A DNA stretch of 32,000 nucleotides from an uncultured Chloroflexia bacterium. GTDB lineage: Bacteria; Chloroflexota; Ktedonobacteria; Ktedonobacterales; JADMIN01. Location: the NCBI GenBank assembly GCA_963718915.1, contig CAVRAI010000007.1, positions 30,001-62,000 of the forward strand, given 5' to 3'. Of the stretch, positions 24,007-32,000 are shown piece after piece. Position numbers and translations under genes: made by a program. The notes beneath the pieces were generated by a model. The model was not told where the DNA came from. It saw only the letters and a program-made list of their open reading frames with translations, and did no database searches. Each line of letters begins with the position of its first letter. The first letter of the stretch is position 1.

Positions 24007-25305
24007 TCAGGAGGTTGGCGGTGGCGTCAGCACGGGAACGCTCGGCGGTGTGCTCGGCGGTGTCTGTGCCGCGACGGAGTCGCCGCCAGTGGCGTTCTCA
24101 TCGCTGGTCTCTGAACGGGTTCCGTTGGAGAGAATCGGCACCATGGTCGGTTGGTCTACCCAGTCGCCGTAGGGCAGCTCGTCGTTCGCCATGGCTGGCA
24201 GCGCGTCCACGATCACCGATGATGATGGTGGTGGAGGTGGCGGCGAGCTTGCGGGCGCTTCCGCCATAGGCGACTCCGCTAGATCATAGGCGCCGCTAAA
24301 CGCGGCCTCCGTCGCCATCTCGCTGTCCAGATACGACGCATCTTCCATCGGCGCCATCGGCACGGGATAGTCCTGGTCGCTCGTGTTCAAGACATCCATC
24401 GACTCCATCAGGTCAGCCATCGGCGCGGGCAGACTCTGGCCGTCGTCGGCGTACGCCACCTCGGCGGGAACACCCAGGCTCGTGATGGCGGCATCGTAGC
24501 GGTGCGCGAACATTTGCAGCCCCTGCACGATGCGGTGTCGGGCGGCGCTGGGCCGAATCCCCAGGGCCATCGCCACCTCTGTCTGATTCAGTCCCGCCAC
24601 CAGGTGGAGCGCCAGGCATTGCGCGTCACCGTACGGCAACTCCGCGAGGACGGCGCGTATCAGACGATGGCGCAACACTTCACGTGGGGTCATCGTGTCG
24701 ATCTCAGGATCAACCGCCTCCGCCGCTGCTTTGACTGCTCCCATAGCCCCATTCGCTCTATGCGCTCCATGTGTTCCGTTCGTTTGCTCGTGTGGCCGTT
24801 CGGCTGGCGCTGCTGGTTCGCCTGAGTTCCAGATTAACTGGCGCACCTGACGCCGGGTAGAGCCAGTGATCTCCGCGATCTTGCCCAGTCCGGCGCGCAG
24901 TCGATCCGATGCGCTGCCGGGGAGGCCATCCATCAGCAGGCCGCGTGGGCCTGGAGGAGCATTGAGGCGCGACTGTTGCGAGCGTTTGGGATGGCGTAGA
25001 ACATCCAGACCTGTCTCGGTGGCGGCGCGCAACAGCCAGAGACGAAGATGTTCCCCGCCATGCGGGCCGCGCACCCGCCGCTCCATCCGCACGAAGATTT
25101 GCTGTGCCATCGTATGCGATTGGGGGGCGTCGCCAGTCAGCCGGGCCAGGTAGCGCACGACAGCGGGCTGATAGCGCGCGATCAATGCGGCCAGCGCCCA
25201 TTCAGCGCCCGCGCGCGCCTGAGCGGCCAGGCGCAACTCACGTTCCTCCTCGGCATCCATCCGAGGTGTGGGGAAGGGTGACATATCCTGCCAGGCCATG
25301 CGCAT
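24007..25305 (-). CDS. sigma-70-family (ECF-like) sigma factor with an internal insertion and a long acidic/Pro-rich C-terminal tail
   Basis: Region-2-like ALIARYQPAVVRYLARLTGDAPQSHTMAQQIFVRM and region-4 HTH LPYGDAQCLALHLVAGLNQTEVAMALGIRPSAARHRIVQGL. The start is 25305 or 25299. Confidence 0.7.
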   Translation of the reverse strand: MRMAWQDMSPFPTPRMDAEEERELRLAAQARAGAEWALAALIARYQPAVVRYLARLTGDAPQSHTMAQQIFVRMERRVRGPHGGEHLRLWLLRAATETGLDVLRHPKRSQQSRLNAPPGPRGLLMDGLPGSASDRLRAGLGKIAEITGSTRRQVRQLIWNSGEPAAPAERPHEQTNGTHGAHRANGAMGAVKAAAEAVDPEIDTMTPREVLRHRLIRAVLAELPYGDAQCLALHLVAGLNQTEVAMALGIRPSAARHRIVQGLQMFAHRYDAAITSLGVPAEVAYADDGQSLPAPMADLMESMDVLNTSDQDYPVPMAPMEDASYLDSEMATEAAFSGAYDLAESPMAEAPASSPPPPPPSSSVIVDALPAMANDELPYGDWVDQPTMVPILSNGTRSETSDENATGGDSVAAQTPPSTPPSVPVLTPPPTS

Positions 25306-25607
25306 CTGCCTTCCTGATTTGCGCCAGGACAATCGCCGCGCTACTCGTGACATTCCGAATGGGCTGTCTGGCGCACACTGTGTACCAGTCCGCGCGCCAT
25401 CCCGCACCTATACAGGACGATTTGGCGTTTCGCCTCGCAACGGTTCGCTCCAAAACAGATAGACACTTGTATAACTATCGTCAGGCTGGCGTTGCGTTTG
25501 GAGCTATCCCGATTGTCCCATAGAGAAGCCTGGTCGTCTATCCGCGAGATTACTGAATATGCGTGGCGGTGCTGCGGTCCTGACCGCGCACGCATCTGGC
25601 CAGGGTC

Positions 25608-26906
25608 CTAGGCGTCGCGATCCCCTGGATTGACCGTGAGCATAGGCAACGCCTTACCGCGTGCGGCAGGTGTGGCTGACTCGACCTGGTCGTGGATTCC
25701 GGTCTTGCGGGTGCGGCCACCGCTGACGGGGCCGAGCGCCTCATCGCCGGGATAGATCAGTCGCGCCTCGTGTTCCGGCAGCATGCTTGCCACTTCCTTG
25801 AGCACCTCGGCCAGGAACTGGTCTTCGGGCACCGTGCGTACGAACTGGCCCTTGCGATAAATGGCGCCCTTGCCGCGCCCGCCGGAGAGGCCGACATCGG
25901 CGTCGCGCGACTCGCCTGGCCCGTTGACAAGACAGCCCATCACGGCAACCTGAATCGGCGTCTGTACCTTCGCCAGCCGCTTCTCGACCTCGTTGGCGAT
26001 CTTGAGTATATCGATCTCGACACGCCCGCATGATGGACACGAGACGAACGTGACCCCGCGCGACCGCAGCTCCAGCGAGCGCAGAATCTCGTAGGCGACC
26101 GGAATCTCTTCCTCTGGCTCGGCGGTCAGCGAGACACGGATGGTATCGCCGATGCCGTCGGCCAGCAGCAGCGCGAAGCCGATGGACGACTTGACCGCGC
26201 CCGTAACGAGCGTGCCCGCCTCGGTAATGCCCAGGTGCAGCGGCACGTCGCAGGCGTCGGCGAAGCTGCGGTACGCCGCGACGGCGGTCAGCACGTTCGA
26301 GCTTTTCAGCGAGACTTTATAGTTGGTGTAGCCCAGATCGTCAGCCATGCCGCAGTATTCGAGCGCCTTGGCGACCATGCGGCCCACCAGCTCCTCGCGC
26401 TCTTTACGCCGCTCCTCCGCCGGGTCGCTCTTGATGAACGTGCCATCATCCAGCCGCTGCACGCTGACCTTGCGCATCTGCGAGCCACGCTCCAGCGCGT
26501 CTATCGAGCCGGAGTTGACGCCGATGCGCATGGCGATGCCTGCCTCCTTCGCCGCTTTGACGATAGTGGCGAAGGATTCATGGCCGTGGCGCAGATTGCC
26601 AGGATTGATGCGCACGCCATCTACGCCCTGTTCGATGGCCAGCAGCGCCAGTTTGGGTTCATAGTGAATATCGGCGATCAGCGGGATATGGATGCGCTTC
26701 TTGATCGCGCCCAGCGCTAGTGCGTCGGCTTCTTCTGGCACGGCGACACGCACCAGTTCGCAGCCGACCTCTTCCAGCCGGAGGATCTGCGCGACCGAGG
26801 ATTCTACGTCGCGTGTATACATGGTGGTCATTGATTGCACGGCAATCGGCGCGTCACCGCCAATCAGGACATTTCCTACCGCGATTTGTCGCGTTTTCCG
26901 TCGCAT
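25608..26906 (-). CDS. ispG: 4-hydroxy-3-methylbut-2-en-1-yl diphosphate synthase IspG (long form)
   Basis: RRKTRQIAVGNVLIGGDAPIAVQSMT, RINPGN, FVSCPSCGR, MGCLVNGPGE. Start at ATG 26906, with GGGAGAA upstream. Confidence 0.93.
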   Translation of the reverse strand: MRRKTRQIAVGNVLIGGDAPIAVQSMTTMYTRDVESSVAQILRLEEVGCELVRVAVPEEADALALGAIKKRIHIPLIADIHYEPKLALLAIEQGVDGVRINPGNLRHGHESFATIVKAAKEAGIAMRIGVNSGSIDALERGSQMRKVSVQRLDDGTFIKSDPAEERRKEREELVGRMVAKALEYCGMADDLGYTNYKVSLKSSNVLTAVAAYRSFADACDVPLHLGITEAGTLVTGAVKSSIGFALLLADGIGDTIRVSLTAEPEEEIPVAYEILRSLELRSRGVTFVSCPSCGRVEIDILKIANEVEKRLAKVQTPIQVAVMGCLVNGPGESRDADVGLSGGRGKGAIYRKGQFVRTVPEDQFLAEVLKEVASMLPEHEARLIYPGDEALGPVSGGRTRKTGIHDQVESATPAARGKALPMLTVNPGDRDA

Positions 26907-27112
26907 GCGATTCTCCCAGATGCGTCTCAGCAATGAGTGCCTGAATGTTCAGATATCTCTCAATAATTATACTGCGCCAGTCGTCGGCGTGTATTCTTGT
27001 CGGGGCGACGTTGCCCGCCACATTCTATTTTACTCCGCGAGGGCGCCTCATTGCCCGCACTCAGGTGCGATCCGCGCTGCGCCCGGATTCTTTCGGCGTT
27101 CGTTAGGGAATA

Positions 27113-28210
27113 TCAATGGTGGAGCAGATTGCCGACGTCGTTGATCGTCACCAGCAGCATCAGGAAGAGCAGCATGCCCATGCCAACCAGGTTGACCAGC
27201 CCTTCGCGCTCCGGGCTGATGCGTTTGCCGCGCCGCAGCACCTCGATGCCAATGAAGAGGACGCGCCCGCCATCGAGCGCCGGAATTGGCAGCAGGTTGA
27301 CGATAGCCAGGCTGACGCTCAGCGCGCCGACGAGAAAGAACATCCAATACCAGCCGATGACGGGCACTGTACTGGCTACCTCACCCGTCGTAGTGACAAT
27401 GCCTACTGGTCCCATCACCGCCTGACTGAAAGGCAACTTGCCGGCGACGACCTGAGCGATACCAGTGGCCGTGCCACCGATCACACTACCAACATCCTGC
27501 ACACCTTTGATGGGCGCCTGCCAGAGTGGCACGCGGGTAACATAGGTCTGTGTGTCATCACTGGTGATGCCGAGATGGCCCTGTCCCTGCGCTGGGTTGA
27601 CGAGGGCATTTACCTGGAGGGTGACGGGTGTGCTGGAGCCAGCATGCCGGACGACCATTTCAATCTGAACGGTCTTGGCGCCTTCCGGGGCTGCGGCGGT
27701 GGCGTCGCCCACCAGGGTGACCAGATCAGTAAAGGAGCGAGTTGTGTGGCCATTGATCACGAGAATCGTGTCATGGGGCTGTATGCCCGCCTCGGCGGCA
27801 GGCGACCCTTTGAGAACGGTACCCGCCGCCGCCACGAAGTTGACCTGGCCGACAACCTCGGCGGCGGTGAAGCAGAAGATGGCGAGTAGCAGGTTCATCG
27901 TGACGCCCGCCAGCAGGACGATGGCGCGCTTGCCGGGCGACTTCGCCGCGAAGGTGCGGGAATCATAGTTGCCGTTCTCGTCGGTCGTCTCGCCGTTCTC
28001 ACCGGGCATGCGGACGTAGCCGCCGATTGGCAGCGCGTTCAGCGAATAGGTGGTTTCGCCGCGCTTCACGCTCAAGAGCCGTGGCGGAAAGCCGAGCGCG
28101 AACTCGTCCACGCGGATGCCCGCCCACTTGGCGGTGATGAAATGCCCAAACTCGTGGACGAGGATCAGCACGCCGAACACTGGAATCGCCGCCAACAGGT
28201 ACCAACTCAT
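27113..28210 (-). CDS. rseP: RIP metalloprotease RseP (M50 site-2 protease with PDZ)
   Basis: HEFGH zinc motif at the N-terminus, a PDZ-like middle region and a C-terminal NLLPIPALDGG motif. Confidence 0.92.
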   Translation of the reverse strand: MSWYLLAAIPVFGVLILVHEFGHFITAKWAGIRVDEFALGFPPRLLSVKRGETTYSLNALPIGGYVRMPGENGETTDENGNYDSRTFAAKSPGKRAIVLLAGVTMNLLLAIFCFTAAEVVGQVNFVAAAGTVLKGSPAAEAGIQPHDTILVINGHTTRSFTDLVTLVGDATAAAPEGAKTVQIEMVVRHAGSSTPVTLQVNALVNPAQGQGHLGITSDDTQTYVTRVPLWQAPIKGVQDVGSVIGGTATGIAQVVAGKLPFSQAVMGPVGIVTTTGEVASTVPVIGWYWMFFLVGALSVSLAIVNLLPIPALDGGRVLFIGIEVLRRGKRISPEREGLVNLVGMGMLLFLMLLVTINDVGNLLHH

Positions 28211-28260
28211 TAATTCACTCTCCCGCCATTGCCCAGATTGATATATTGCTGCCGCGACAA

Positions 28261-28398
28261 GGCTGGCGGCTAAAGCCGCGCCTAGGGGCCAACGGCCACA
28301 AAGGCCGCCTTCGCGGCCTGCCAGAGACCTTATCCTGACCCTGGAGCCTGCGGCAGGCAGGCTTCGTGGCCGAACGCAGTGAGGCCCTTAGCCACGTG
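28261..28398. repeat. structured intergenic repeat, copy 3 (right terminus degenerate)
   Basis: Left terminus GGCGGCTAAAGCCGCGCCT (28265-28283). GGCCACAAA plus the hairpin GGCCGC-cttc-GCGGCC (28294-28318). The hairpin GCCTGC-ggcag-GCAGGC plus TTCGTGGCC (28346-28371). The right terminus is decayed (AGGCCCTTAGCCAC). Confidence 0.7.
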
Positions 28399-28437
28399 TT
28401 TACGCGCCAGGCGCCAGGTACCCAATCCCAATCGCTC

Positions 28438-29637
28438 TCACAGGGAACTACGCTCGTGGGATGCCGTTGGTTCGCCATGTAGCCGCAGCACCTCATCTTG
28501 CGCCCAGGAGCAGGCGGCCAGCACCGTCTCCAGATCGGGATCGTCCACGACTGTATGCCGCGCCAGTACATCTTCCAGGATGGCGGCGATATCCGTCAGC
28601 CGAATCTTCCCCCGCAGGAAGAGCGGCACCGCCTGCTCGTCCGCGCCCACCAGCACAGCAGGAGCCGTGCCGCCGCGTCGCCCCGCCTCATACGCCAGCC
28701 GCAGGCAGGGGAACCGCGCCATATCCACCGCCTCAAAGTCCAGATGTCCGACGGCGGGCCAGCTCAGCGGATGTGAGAGGTCGGTCGCCTCACGGTTCAG
28801 CCGGGTGGGGTAGCTCAGCGCGTATTGAATGGGCAGGTGCATGCTGGGCAGGCTCGCCTGCATCTTGATCGAGTCATCCACGAACTCGACCATCGAATGG
28901 ATGATGCTCTGCGGGTGGACGACGACCTCGATCTGGTCATAGGGTATGTTATAGAGCCAGTGCGCCTCGATGACCTCCAGCCCCTTATTCACGAGCGTCG
29001 CCGAGTCGATGGTGATCTTCTGCCCCATCTGCCACGTCGGGTGCGCCAGCGCCTGCTCGACGGTGACATCGCGCATCTCATCTAGCGTTGCCCTGCGCAG
29101 CGGCCCGCCCGACGCGGTAATCAGCAGGCGGCGCACCTCGGCCGTCCGCTCGCCATGCAGGCACTGCCAGAGGGCGCTATGCTCGCTATCCACCGGCAGA
29201 ATCGCAACGCCAGCCGCGCGCGTCTCGGCCATGACCAGATGGCCCGCCATCACCAGCGTTTCCTTGTTGGCCAGCGCAATCGTCTTGCCCGCGCGAATCG
29301 CCGCCAGCGTTGGCCGCAAGCCAATCAGACCAGAGGTCGCCGCGATAACCGTCTTGACCCCAGGATGTGTGGCGGCGGTGGTCAACCCTTCGACGCCGTG
29401 AAGCGCGTTGGGGAGTAGCTCGGCGGCCTGCGCCTGGGTGGCGGGGTCATCGCTGGTATAGGCGACGATCTCCGGCGCGAACTCGCGCGCTTGCTCGGCC
29501 AGCAGCGCGATATTGCCGCGCGCCGCCAGCGCGACCACATGAAAATGATCGGGAAAAGCGCGCGCGACATCCAGGGTCTGGCGGCCAATCGAGCCGGTGC
29601 TGCCAAGCACAGTAATGCCAAGCGGGGAATCTGTCAT
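28438..29637 (-). CDS. dxr: 1-deoxy-D-xylulose 5-phosphate reductoisomerase
   Basis: ITVLGSTGSIGRQTLDV, LANKETLV, VDSEHSA, HPTWQMG. Start at ATG 29637 (MTDSPLGITVLGSTGSIG). Confidence 0.93.
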   Translation of the reverse strand: MTDSPLGITVLGSTGSIGRQTLDVARAFPDHFHVVALAARGNIALLAEQAREFAPEIVAYTSDDPATQAQAAELLPNALHGVEGLTTAATHPGVKTVIAATSGLIGLRPTLAAIRAGKTIALANKETLVMAGHLVMAETRAAGVAILPVDSEHSALWQCLHGERTAEVRRLLITASGGPLRRATLDEMRDVTVEQALAHPTWQMGQKITIDSATLVNKGLEVIEAHWLYNIPYDQIEVVVHPQSIIHSMVEFVDDSIKMQASLPSMHLPIQYALSYPTRLNREATDLSHPLSWPAVGHLDFEAVDMARFPCLRLAYEAGRRGGTAPAVLVGADEQAVPLFLRGKIRLTDIAAILEDVLARHTVVDDPDLETVLAACSWAQDEVLRLHGEPTASHERSSL

Positions 29638-29845
29638 AGCGCTGGATGTCCTCCATCCGACCATCGGTGGGGCGCGTCATCGCTGGCCCACGCCGCGCCA
29701 GATTATATCACAGCGCAACGCCAGCGCCTCCAGATAACACCCAGATGACCTTGCGCTGTGTGTGCGGCTTTCGTGTAGCATACGTGTAGCAGCGAAGCGC
29801 AACAAGAGAGATGCAAGAGAGATGCAAGCGAGAGGGAGAACGACC

Positions 29846-30730
29846 ATGTCTAATCCGACCAACGACGACGCGCCGGTGATATCCCTGCCACGGGCGATGT
29901 GGAAGGTGCTTGAACCCTATCACGCGATGATCTACTTCGCGCCTGAGGCGCGGGCAGCCTATAGCGAGTCCGGGCTAAAGGGCTACTGGATGGGCTACTT
30001 CGCGTCGCGTTCGGCGGCGATGGGGCCGGTCGGGCCGGAGGTGGTTGCCGCCACGTTCTACAACTTCCATCCGCGGATGGTGGCGCGGGCGATCCCCGAT
30101 GCATGGCGCTTCTCGTCGCCGGAACACATTCTCTCAGCCCGCTATGACTCCGCCGATGCCGCGCTCCGCCGTCTTCTGGGCGACGCCACCTTTGGGCCAG
30201 CCATCGAGGAGGCGGCGCAACTGGCCTACACAGCAGCCTCGGCGTGCGAGGTGGCGGGGCGGCCGCTCTTCGCCGCCCATAGCGCTCGCCCCTGGCCCGA
30301 AGCCGCTCACATGCGTCTCTGGCACGCGACGACACTGCTGCGCGAATATCGCGGCGACGGGCATGTTGCCTCGCTGCTCGCGGGCGGGATCGATGGGTGT
30401 GAGGCTCACGTCACGCTCGTTGGGACCGGAGCGGTACCACGTGAGGCGATCCAGCCGCACCGTGGATGGAGCGACGAGGAGTGGGAGGCGGCTGAAACAC
30501 GACTGCGCGCCCGTGGCTGGCTCGACGACGTGGGCATGCTCACCCAGGCTGGCCGCGACGCCCGCCAGTGGGTGGAGGCGCGCACCGACGCCCTCGCCGC
30601 TCGTCCATGGGAGGCGCTGGGCGCGGATGGCTGCGCGCGACTGCGCGAGCTGGCCTTTCAGCTAAGCGACACCGTCGTGCGCGCTGGCGGCGTTCCGATA
30701 CCCAATCCGATGGGCCTTCCGTGGCCATAG
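29846..30730 (+). CDS. hypothetical protein (resembles the actinobacterial SCO6745-type family as I recall it)
   Basis: Long ORF with RBS GAGGGAG before ATG 29846. Translation begins MSNPTNDDAPVISLPRAMWKVLEPYHAMIYFAPEA. No catalytic motif recognised. Confidence 0.6.
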   Translation: MSNPTNDDAPVISLPRAMWKVLEPYHAMIYFAPEARAAYSESGLKGYWMGYFASRSAAMGPVGPEVVAATFYNFHPRMVARAIPDAWRFSSPEHILSARYDSADAALRRLLGDATFGPAIEEAAQLAYTAASACEVAGRPLFAAHSARPWPEAAHMRLWHATTLLREYRGDGHVASLLAGGIDGCEAHVTLVGTGAVPREAIQPHRGWSDEEWEAAETRLRARGWLDDVGMLTQAGRDARQWVEARTDALAARPWEALGADGCARLRELAFQLSDTVVRAGGVPIPNPMGLPWP

Positions 30731-30846
30731 AAGCGCCAACCCTGGGCCGAGCGCGCTCCTCGCCATGTATAATGGGAAGCTGAAGCGCGAGGCGGCTGGC
30801 CTCTCACAATGGCGGCAGCGCACATGAGAAGTTGCAAAGGATCAGC

Positions 30847-31305
30847 ATGGGCGAGGGTGAGACTGCGAACGGTACGGGCAAAAGTGGACTGGTCGTCGTC
30901 ACGGGCGTCTTCGATCTGCTGCACATCGGCCATCTGCGCTTTCTGGAGGCGGCGCGCCATCTGGGCGATACGCTGATCGTCGGCGTCGAAGATGATGCGC
31001 GGGTGCGGCGCTGGAAAGGCGCTGACCGGCCGATCATGACGGAAGATGACCGGTGCGATCTGCTGGCCGCGCTCCGGGTGGTGGACCGCGTCTTTCTTAT
31101 CTCAGGTGAGCGCGTAGATCCCGACTATTACGTAGAATTGCTGCATCCACTCGCGCCACGCTACCTCGCCGTCACCGCCGATGATCCTTTCCTGACGGAG
31201 AAGCGGGCGGCGATGGCGCGCATCGGCGTTGAGGTGCGTGTCGTCACGCCGCGTATCGAAAACTACTCGACCAGCCGACTGATTCGCCTGCTTGGCCTTG
31301 CCTGA
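30847..31305 (+). CDS. cytidylyl/adenylyltransferase-family protein (HxGH nucleotidyltransferase, TagD/RfaE-II/RibL-like)
   Basis: VVVTGVFDLLHIGHLRFLEAARHLGDTLIVGV, with the HIGH motif. Confidence 0.8.
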   Translation: MGEGETANGTGKSGLVVVTGVFDLLHIGHLRFLEAARHLGDTLIVGVEDDARVRRWKGADRPIMTEDDRCDLLAALRVVDRVFLISGERVDPDYYVELLHPLAPRYLAVTADDPFLTEKRAAMARIGVEVRVVTPRIENYSTSRLIRLLGLA

Positions 31306-31438
31306 GGAGTGGGGCAGCGGTAGTATAGTGGCACAGAGCATCGCGGCTCTCGATTGCCAGCATATCCTCAGTGCGTATACCCGGATGAACCAGGTCTGTC
31401 TGGCAAAGTAGTTTCAGGTCGCAGGAGGAAGATGACTC

Positions 31439-32000
31439 ATGTGCTTCGATGTTGACTCACAGCCACCGATTGCGCCGCACCACGGTCTGCCAGTGCGCAC
31501 CGAAGAGCTGGTGCTTTCGGCTTCTGACGGTACCCGCTTCAATGCCTTCGCCGCGCATAGCGATTCTACCACGCCATCCGGCGCCGCAATCGTCGTCATG
31601 CCAGACGTGCGCGGCCTGTTTTCGTTCTATCGCGCGCTTGCCCAGCGTTTCGCCGAGGCAGGCGTCGACGCCGTCGCGATTGACTACTTTGGCCGTACCG
31701 CTGGGCTTGATCCGCGCGAGGATTCCTTTGACTATATGCCGCATGTCATGCAGACCACACCGAAAACCGTCAGCATGGATGTCGCCTCAGGCGTTGCCTA
31801 TCTGCGCGGGATGCCAGGGAGCGGGTCGCGGGCAATCTTCACCGTCGGCTTTTGCTTCGGCGGCCATCATTCGTTCCTACAGGCCGCCAACCATCATGGC
31901 CTCGCGGGGGTAATTGGCTTCTATGGCTCGCCGATGCCTCGCCAGGGAGCGACGGTGGGACCGATTCAGCGAATCGATGAGTTCGAGTGCCCGGTGTTAG
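31439..32000 (+). CDS. dienelactone hydrolase-family protein, C-terminus beyond the window
   Basis: Open frame from ATG 31439 (GCAGGAGGAAG RBS) to the window end; not in the track because there is no stop. My translation: MCFDVDSQPPIAPHHG...AIVVMPDVRGLFSFYRALAQRFAEAGVDAVAIDYFGR...IFTVGFCFGG (G-x-C-x-G nucleophile elbow). Confidence 0.8.
   Translation, partial: MCFDVDSQPPIAPHHGLPVRTEELVLSASDGTRFNAFAAHSDSTTPSGAAIVVMPDVRGLFSFYRALAQRFAEAGVDAVAIDYFGRTAGLDPREDSFDYMPHVMQTTPKTVSMDVASGVAYLRGMPGSGSRAIFTVGFCFGGHHSFLQAANHHGLAGVIGFYGSPMPRQGATVGPIQRIDEFECPVL

Noticed and set aside
17111-28398. Whether the three similar repeats could be a CRISPR array or its remnants.
   Set aside because: The copies are 3-8 kb apart and each is about 140-175 bp and internally palindromic. 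There are no short regularly spaced repeats, and no cas genes lie in the window.

Overview
High-GC bacterial chromosomal segment (about 60-65 % G+C by eye). The lineage cannot be decided from sequence alone; PASTA kinase, RecA and gene order suggest a Chloroflexota- or Actinomycetota-like organism. Most of the window is core. Left to right: a partial TPM/DUF2207-like membrane protein; a scar region holding the C-terminal remnant of an aldehyde dehydrogenase, translationally coupled to a polyamine-type ABC importer (ATPase, lipoprotein binding protein, two permeases); tRNA-Thr(UGU); a low-GC stand-alone GmrSD-like (DUF262+DUF1524) type IV restriction gene; a PASTA Ser/Thr kinase; a plus-strand cluster of an Imm-5-like small protein, an Mre11/SbcD-like nuclease with no Rad50/SbcC partner, a TM+TPR protein and a 2-TM protein; a P-loop kinase-like gene; the DNA-repair run ybaB-recR-DinB-family-recA, with an SOS-type promoter and LexA box before recA; an HDAC-family deacetylase; a sigma/anti-sigma pair; ispG-rseP-dxr; three small enzyme or hypothetical genes. 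Four things look accessory or unusual. (1) A tnpB-only IS200/IS605-type element sits exactly in the junction between the two permease genes, and its empty site, TAM and omega-RNA guide can be reconstructed; its tnpB carries a single -1 frameshift. (2) Three copies of a roughly 140-175 bp structured intergenic repeat built from two inverted modules (REPIN/MITE-like) show covarying hairpin stems. (3) The GmrSD islet lies next to the tRNA. (4) The orphan Mre11-like cluster. No CRISPR array or rRNA was seen. All calls come from reading the sequence and the ORF track; no searches were run.
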